The translations under genes were made by a program, and so were the position numbers. Below are positions 55,401-64,000 of a stretch of DNA of 64,000 bases, piece after piece; position 1 is the stretch's first letter, and each line of letters begins with the position of its first letter. The stretch lies in the NCBI GenBank assembly GCA_003344405.1, contig NOWV01000159.1, positions 1 through 64,000 on the forward strand. Direction: 5' to 3'. The notes beneath the pieces were generated by a model. It saw only the letters and a list, made by a program, of their open reading frames with translations, made no database searches and was not told where the DNA came from. The DNA is from Trichoplax sp. H2. Lineage: Eukaryota.

Positions 55401-58400
55401 AGCAAGGAAGAATCTAAACCCCAACGTTCGGCATCAATTTCCTGCTCAAAAATAATTTGCTGTGTTATACTATCTCCTTTCTCAACAATTGAAATATGCA
55501 AAGTCTTCGAAAAGATGATATTAGTGACGAACCTCCAGTTGTTGCTTTGCAGCAACCAAGAAAGACATTCTTTTTTCCATATCAATCAGGTTTTTTTTAG
55601 TCCTTGCTAGCCTGCCTTTAGTTGGTGAAACTAATTCATAGTAAATATTGAGCAAAAAACAAGTTAATCTTCTTTCTTATCAACTAATTTTTAATGTAGT
55701 AATCTCTAGTTGTATATGGATATATACTTCTTTGCTTTCCGTCAACATCTTGCAATCTAGAAAGATATTTTAAAGTTTTAACTTTCATCATTTTTTCAAC
55801 CTTAATTTGTTGGTCAACATCCTACATTAATTAAATCAGAAATTTTAGTATCAACATCACTACTTGATACTTTCAAGTCATGATAAGATCTCGAGTATAT
55901 GCTATATGTACGTACAATTAATTTTTGCACGATATTTCTCTTTAGTTCCTCCAAAGTTTTGTTTTTTGACGAATCGACCTGTGAGTATTGTAATTAGCCA
56001 GAGAATACTACTTTATGCAACTGAATCTTAGATGAATCTGTCTTAGCTAGATCCTAAATAAGCCTGTCTCTATTTAATTATCGCCAACATATAGATAGAG
56101 GTAGTTAAGGACAGTAACGAACATAAAGCTACCATTGCAGGATATGAAGAATTTAAAGGTATAATATGTATTTTAGCTTTTTACCACTATAAATACATAT
56201 GATATTAATACCCAATATAGTTATCTCTCATGTCTATTAAGATCTTCTCAAAAATTTAAAATACGTTTTGAGATTTTCCAGGTTCTGTACATTTATGATA
56301 CAACCCTAAATTATATCTGTATATTTCTCCTATTGCCTAGAGCTCATAACTATTAAGAACAATAGCAAACTAAAGCATCATATAACAACTACTATTGTAG
56401 TGCTATAATATCTAGGTGCTCTATAATCAAAGCCCCCTAATAACTGCCGGTGCTTAAATTACCACCTAAAAAAATGTCTATCTCATCATCGAAGCAATTT
56501 TAAAATCTTATACCGCATAAAGATTTGATTTCAAAGATTGATCACGTTCGATGAAAGTCGACAAGCGTCACCATCAGTAAAAATGGTTAAGCGTAGCAGA
56601 CAGGTAGACTGTACAATAAGGTTAGACTCGAAAGAACAATCGTCGCCAATTTTAAGTACAGTAGCATAGTACATTATATGCCTCAATAAATTAAGAAAGC
56701 TAACCATATATACTTACTATTCGCCGATTGTAATCCAGAATTGGCTGTATATCATTATGCAATTCTTCTTTGCTCATGTATATTGAGCTATTACGTCTCA
56801 ATTTTTTCTTCAATATGGCAATACCGGAGACGTCTGAACCAGTATCGATATCGTCGTTTGCTTTTCCTCGCGATTTAGTATCAGTAGGTTGAATGGATTC
56901 AACCGGTTTAAGTAGAGGATCATCTACAGTCACTTTATCTGGTAATTTTCTCGTTATGTGAACTAAATTATCAAAATTATCGTTTGGTCGATCGATATTA
57001 ACTTCTCTAAATGGAGTGACAGCTGATTTTCCGACGACTACGGAGCTAGTAGATAGAGATGGTACGTAGTTACCGACAGCGGCGTAATCATTAGATGGCT
57101 TGTGAATAATTTTGGCTTGTCTGTAAAATCATTAGCATATGTTTATATCAATAAAGTTTCAAAAAAGGATTCGATCACATACAAGGAAATAGTACGCAGC
57201 AATTTCATCGTACCCCATTGGTTTCATTCTAGTATTTGAAGTTTTTCCTCTATCGATGACACGATACATCTCATTAAGAAGTTCTTCATCCCAATATAGA
57301 TCACAGTACTGATCAGCCACAGCTTCTTTGAAAGCGGATCGATTCATTCCAGTTAATGACATTATATATTCAGCTATGACAATAGAACAAATTCACATAC
57401 CGATAAGTATAGAGTGATATTTACGTTAGCATAATGAATCGTATACAACATAGAATATAGGATTTAAGATACGCAATATAGTAGTACAGCAAATTTTACC
57501 CATAGCCAGTTCTTCGATGCCATTTTCAAGATACCCATCATACGCGAATTCTTGACGGATCATCGACGCCAATCTTGATAGCATTTCACGTTCTTCCAAT
57601 GATGAGGGATCACTCTATAAAGTATCAGAAAATAAATAAATTTTACATAAATTGTGGATTTAATAATAAGAATTTTAATTTCAGGTTACCAATTCTAATA
57701 CAGAAATGGTTGGACTCCTATTTTCCTGAAAATGCGTTGATGGCATAAAATTATTAGGTTTACTGTTGTCCATATCGCCGTACATCTCATGAGACATAGT
57801 GATTGGGGAATTGTTGTCGCTAATATGGCGAAGTTTTGATGATAGTCGTGAGTTTCTTTGATTATACCTAGCTGAGCCACTGCGATTTTCGCGCTCGGAT
57901 TGTACAGGGTTACTGTCTTCCAATTGTCTTTGTTCATTACTATTTAATGAATTTGATTCAATGGAATGCACTTGCTTTGTGTTCTCTAGTCTTACATCAA
58001 GCGATCTGTTTGCAGGCGAGGGAGTGTCTTTCCCCTTTACTAAGTACGCCCGGTATTTACTCTCCTCATGAAAATATGGCGTAGGATCGTTTGCTTGCTT
58101 TTTAATTGAACTTTCCATTTGTCGATTCATAGAAAGATCATCATGATCAATTTTCTCATCTACTTCACCTAACAACCTTCGAGATATTTCTATTTCATCA
58201 ATTGATACATCCTGTGTATCGTTCTTATTGCTACGTTCAGTTTCGGATGAGTGAGCCGGTTTATTAATACCCGATCTTTTACTTATTTCGATTTCATTGC
58301 GGTCGTAAGCTGCAAAAAACGAATTTTCGGCACGAGAAACTGGGAAATTGTCGTTCGGGCTATTTACTACTGTAGGATAACTTTGCTGATCTTGCTCACG

Positions 58401-60963
58401 CCCTTTTAAAATATCCCTAGACATCAATTCATTACTAGAATTTTCGCTTAATGAATTGTACCCAGCACTTCTAGAATTTGGCGATAAATCGTTGCCCGTA
58501 GTAAGTTGACCATCATTTCTTGTAAAATAAACAGGGTTAACGGGAACACCAAAAGGCGAAATATTAGAATATGGGTACACTGTGTTCGCATTTCTAGCAG
58601 GAGAAACTGGTGATTGCGGTAGAAAAGAGAACGGGCCGTTTAATTGTTGTTGAATAGCTGCATAATATAATTGCTCTTGATCGGACACTATCGGAAAATG
58701 TTGCGAGTATTGATTCCTGTTACCAGCATTGAGCAGATGCTGGTTGTAGAGAGCATTTGAAGTCGGAGCAGTAACGTAGTGTAGGCCTGATGGTGAGGTA
58801 ACAGGTACAGTTGAAAATTTATGATTTACTTGCAACTGTTCAGGAATTTCTATATTAACTGGCTTAGTTCCAATATTTACTGTATGGCTTCCGCCATAGC
58901 TAACGCCTGGAAGATCAGTGTTGACCGGTAACATGGATGATGTCGAGATGGAAAGCGATGTAGGCAGCGGTTCCACGGTGGGTGTAGAATCACTATGCAC
59001 TTGTTTCAAGTTTACTGTATCAGAAAGTTGAACTTCCGCATCACTCTTAATTTTACTAGAGCTATCTTTAGAGTTATCGGAATGAATTGGAATTAGCATT
59101 GGTGAACCATCTTGTTTCTGAATAATAGCATAACGCTGACCACTAATTTCGATGATTTGGCTTTCCTGCTGATTACTAGCAAACCTAATGAAATCATCAC
59201 TAGGATTATTTTCGATCACAGATCTTTTGGTCGTAGAATGGTTACGCGTTTCTGACTTTCGATCAACTTTAAGAGCATCTTTAGTGGAATGAATTGTTGT
59301 CAACGAAACATTCGATACGGTAAAGTTCACGGAATCGGTAGCATTGCTTACTGACGATGATATGTGTTCAAGACCCGGCGGATCGGCGTTCTTATTATGC
59401 ATTGATGATCGTTCAGATAGCGTAGAGTATTCATTGTCGCGTTCATTAGAATGATTTTTGACTTCTATAACGGGTACTTGCTCACTTTCAGATTTAGCAG
59501 CCTCCGTTGCTGATTCCTTATTGGCTACTTTTTTCTGTATTAATTTAAAAACTGACGTTTTAGACTTGTTGGAAGATGTAGTTGTAGTAACGCTAGTTTG
59601 ATCGGGCTCACTATTTGATGAAGATTTAGCCGTTGATATTATTTTATGATTGTTTGTTACGCCACCTTTGCTACTGGATAAAACAGGTGGACTTCCAATA
59701 TCAGGAGTATGTTCTGGCGTAGGGTGAGTGACTGTTACGACAGGTGTATCAGGTATACTATGCTCTCTTGGCACCAATGAATTAGTGGAATCGTTCTTTG
59801 CTGTAGCAGTCTCGGCGGATTCCTGCTTCTGGCATTCTTGCTTCTTTACCTTGTTATCTTCCTTAAGATCTACTTCCGGTGATGTTTTAGAATGGCCTCC
59901 AGAAGGTTTTTCAGCTTTAAGTTTCTGAATTAGATCATATAACGAAATAGAAGGCTTGCGTTCGCCCCCCATCTCCGCTCGACGCTTTTGTTCCTCTTTT
60001 TTCTTACGAAATGCGGCTAGAATTTTCTGAGCTGCTGCCTGAGTTTGAGGATCAGGTACTGACGGAAGCTTAGATGTTGATCCGGATCTTTCTAACGTTG
60101 TAGTTTTACTGCTAGGAACCACAACATTTTTGACATTGCCACCTTTCTGTAACTCCTCAGTAGTTGTTGCTGATCTTGATCTAGGTGGCGGTCGCAGCAA
60201 AGCTGGAGAAAGCGATTGCGCAGATTGAGATTGACCCTTTTGTAGATCTTTGTCAATGTCGGTCGTACACAGGTTATCTAATTTATTTGTCACATTTTCT
60301 AAATCCTCCACTGGTTCCTGCAAAATACTATGTAATAGCTTGTTTGAAAGTTGAGGTGGTAGACGCCTCGTCGGCGTACTTGAAGGCTGAATATCAGCAG
60401 AAGCGGTTGCTAATACTGGTGTTCCTCCTCCAGGCATTGGCGTTGCAGAATTCGGTGTTTTTATTGTTTCTCCAGTGTCCCCATTATCATGCTGTTGTTC
60501 CTGTTGCCTTTTCGCAGCAGCTGCTAATAGCGCTCTCCTTATTTTTTCGCGGGTATTCTTATTTTTATCACGAGTGCTTTGTTGATTGACATTTTGTCTA
60601 TGTAAAGCATTAAGTGTTGGAGTAGCACCTAATTCTTCACTTTTTCTTCTCGTTATGGCCATCGTTAACTGAAAGAAGTTGCTTATCTTAGGCGTACTAC
60701 CTTCCTCACTTGTAGTGCTAGTCCCATTATTGATTACAGGTACATTCTCCGGTGAACTCATTCTTGATGCATTTCCTGATGTTATTGGTATATTTTATAT
60801 TTACAGAAACCAGACATTAAGTAAGGTAAATTTTAAAACGCAATTAATGTCAATTTAAGAAAAGAGTATACAGTTAAATCCTCCGATAAGTATTTACACA
60901 ATTTACCTGATTCCTGATTATTCGAAAAATCCTGTAATTTTTCCAGTAAAATCTTACGGGAAT
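52428..60963 (-). CDS. KNDC1: KNDC1 (very-KIND)-like RasGEF protein, 5'-incomplete, with a ~3.1-kb low-complexity exon
   Basis: QEFAYDGYLENGIEELAM|AEYIMSL...YCDLYWDEELL matches a KNDC1 central motif as I recall it. REM/RasGEF-N region LQTGT..GLLSFLY..YVNDFLLTFRY; CDC25-like IAKQLTLMQQELFLGMHPIDFL, IAKWCYEKRNYATFLQVVEGLE, NGMYKWSKMR. Exon 60963-60907 has an acceptor, so further exons lie upstream. Confidence 0.8.
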
Positions 60964-63909
60964 CTGAACAATGAAAAATATCGCAAATCTATCGAATAAA
61001 TTAAATTAGAAAGTGAATTATGGGACTTATACCATGTGCGAGTATCTAACAAGCATTAATTAGGAGAACTTTCACTCATTCATTAGATCTTACTGTTACC
61101 AAAATATGATAATAAAAATGTAATTTGCATTGTTAAACCAGCATTTTAAGCTTTATATTATGTTAATGCTGTAAAATATCCAACAATAGCAAGTTCCTAT
61201 GGAAATAAATCTACAATTATTTGTTACTAAATGCTACTTAGCTTACAATAAAATTAATCTCTTAGTGATTTTAGTCTGAAAATCGGCTGAACTATATCTG
61301 ATTAGGTAATTACCTAGTTTTTTCTTTACAAAAATTAGATCAACAAGCTATCACTGTGTTATCAAAACTCTGAGTTTAGTTATTAAAAGACTATAATTAA
61401 TGTCTCTGCGATAGGATATACGTACGACTAATATATGGGTACAGAAAAGCCTTTTTTTGCAGGTACAATATAGTGTATTTGTCACTATTAAAGATTTTGA
61501 ATTGTAATTAAACCTAATGTAGAAACCATAAATGTAATAAATTGACAATTGCGGATTTTACGTAATATGCTACAGATTTTACTATGACGTATACATCACT
61601 TATCGATTTTACCGTCGATAAGTACGTATACCGTACAACCATAACAATACTCTGATTGCAAAATTTACAATTTGGGGAAGGGGGGTTTATTTGGACTCTA
61701 ATAAATGCACGTTAACAATCTTAATGCTTACTGTATATGATGCTACACACTGCACTGTATACAGTAAAGACAAATTAATTAGTACTCGTATTCTTGATCA
61801 ACTGTATGTTGTGATAGGACACAGTGCAACCCTAATTTTTATCATTAAAAGCATATGCGCAAACATTCAGTGCTATACGTGTATTTAATGGAACAGAAGA
61901 AATCATCGAACATATTCGACTATAACTGAGCAAATCAAATCCATGGCAATTACTTACTGTTAAAAATCTGTAGTGTGTGGATGACAATACTGACATAATG
62001 AAGGTAATTCAAAATCAGTAATTAATTAATATTTGAAAAGTGATTTCAACATACGAGTATATTATCAACTTTATGAAACTAAAGCATAAAGTCATTATTA
62101 CAATTAATTGATAGTAAAATAGATATATAGTACTTATCATGCGTATCTAAACGCTATTTAGTACCTGCTTGTGCGTGCCGCACTGCGTCATGACAAAGTT
62201 GGTTATTTCAACATTATAACATTTGCGATATCCATGTAGTTGGAGTAGTTTCTTTAATTTAAAATTGTACAAAAGACAATCGAAGAGACTGCGGTTAAAG
62301 TAGCAGATTATCTAAGATATCAGATAAATGTAGTGTTTAATTATCTGTAATCAATCTCAACTTACATTTTCGCTGACTGAGCTTCCCTACACACATTTTT
62401 TCACGTTTTACATTTAGTTTATGATATCTCGTTTTACTTGTCTTCGTTGTAAGCAAACAAAATCGTTACAAAATGTTCATTAAGTTATATTGATTATTCT
62501 TTATGCTAAACCAGTCATTGTAATTGGTTCCTGTGGCTTAGCAATAATTGTAAGTCACAAAAGACTATTCATAATGTAATCAATGTCACTGCATTGAATG
62601 TTAGTTATTGTCTCCAAAGGCAGACGCTGATAAATAACAAAAGCCTATGGTAATGCCATTGCTGACGTTTGGCGAATTGCTAACAGTAAACTGCGTGGTA
62701 CCAGAGTAGTTACTACGTGTACAACATAATGTAGTAGCAACAAAAAATTTACTCACTTTAAAAATTCATGAACTAGTGTATGACTATTGATACCGAGTCT
62801 ACAGGCACTAAAGACATAGGTATAATTGTTTATTGTGGTATTAGAAGCATATCACAAAAATATACGTTGTACGAATTGCTACTAAGGTAGACTACTTCAA
62901 TTTCATCGTAGGCCATAACAAAAATTAAAGTCTCAAAGACTTCTAGAGGAATGAGATTTACATATCGATCTTAATTTTGTCTTCAGGAATACATATACGC
63001 CTACTATATTTTGTATTCGAAGAGTTGGGAGATACAATTGCCTAGCAAGTACATCATTCGATAGTGACTCACCTATTTGTTGACGAAACGAGGTAACTAA
63101 TTAAATACTCTACAACTATTGATGCAGTAAGACCAATTACCTATCGATATCGTCGCTTGATAATAATTAATTAGTAATTTATACGCGGATACTGAGACAT
63201 CTCCCAGACTTATTTTACAATAGTGTATTACTGAATATCAACTGATAAAACAACGTTTTACCCTTAGAATAACTCATTCATTTTAAACTTGTTACATACA
63301 AATGCAATAATTTATTACTGTAAACTAGTCGAACACCCTCAGCGTATCTTCAAGTCAAGTATACTGAAATTGTATATTCAGTGAACAAGTATGTGAGTTG
63401 CAAAGTATCATGAGGAGTGTGTGTAATAAGATGGCCCGTTAGTAATAAGTAATAGCGTAGGTCTTCCTTTATTGAATGCTTATTGCACGTACATATGTGC
63501 GAATACAATTTTATTAATTATACATTTAAATAGACTATTAAATCTAACTCTTAGGAAATAGCATCTAATTGATAAAATATTGCCGACATTGTCAGGAGAC
63601 CGTACTATACTATTTTTTACAATACTGCAAATAGGTACAATGTCGCACAATTAATAGGTAAATAATGCATTTAAAATATATGGGTATTTTATATTGTAAT
63701 ATGCTAGGAGCTTCTCCGAACGCTACGCATAGATCAGTAATGTTCTAAAATTTAAATTGCTTGATTTTTACAAAACATACATTACTATATAACTACACGC
63801 GCATTCGCAGTATACAATTTACGTATGTACGATTGTACGTATGTCTAGCAATAGCATGCAGCAATAATAGCAAATTTAATCCGTATGGTATACATACAGT
63901 ATTTCGAAT

Positions 63910-64000
63910 CAGGGACTACTTCGAAAGAAGAGAAAGGAAAGAGACGGGACGGACGAGACACGGCCGAAAGCTAGAAAAAATAAGATGGCCGACTTTTTTG
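63910..64000. mobile_element. Left end of a second member of the MITE family seen at 5732-6043 (truncated by window edge)
   Basis: CAGGGACTAC..AAAGAGACGG..ACGGCC..AGAAAAAATAA aligns with both arms of the 5732-6043 element (TAGGGACTAC..ACGGCC..AGAACAAAATAA, and reverse complement of CCGTCTCTTTC..AGTAGTCC). Confidence 0.65.

Noticed and set aside
60185-60589. Antisense/alternate-frame ORFs over the large KNDC1-like exon (also 59728-59928, 57695-57937)
   Set aside because: Shadow ORFs of a long coding exon with no independent evidence.

Overview
AT-rich eukaryotic genomic DNA with short spliceosomal introns (mostly about 70-120 nt) and metazoan-type genes. It most resembles a compact early-branching animal genome such as a placozoan; this is an inference. 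Ten multi-exon genes run in strictly alternating orientation: an NTPDase/CD39-family gene (+), RMND5 (-), FNTA (+), ARID5 (-), PYROXD2 (+), ETF1/eRF1 (-), HSPA9 (+), DDX41 (-), ACTR1/centractin (+) and a 5'-incomplete KNDC1-like RasGEF (-). There is also a small ubiquitin-like ORF at the left end. The most notable unannotated structures are: (1) a ~310-bp palindromic hAT-like MITE with an 8-bp TSD and G-U-biased arms, with a second family member at the right edge; (2) a decayed remnant with two tandem tyrosine-kinase-like domains between HSPA9 and DDX41; (3) (TACAG/CTGTA)n arrays concentrated at gene 5' ends; (4) a candidate AT-AA intron and two GC-AG introns; (5) conserved deep synteny, including ETF1-HSPA9 adjacency. 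A duplicated segment around an N-gap is probably a haplotype artefact. Gene models were read by eye; some first exons are tentative.
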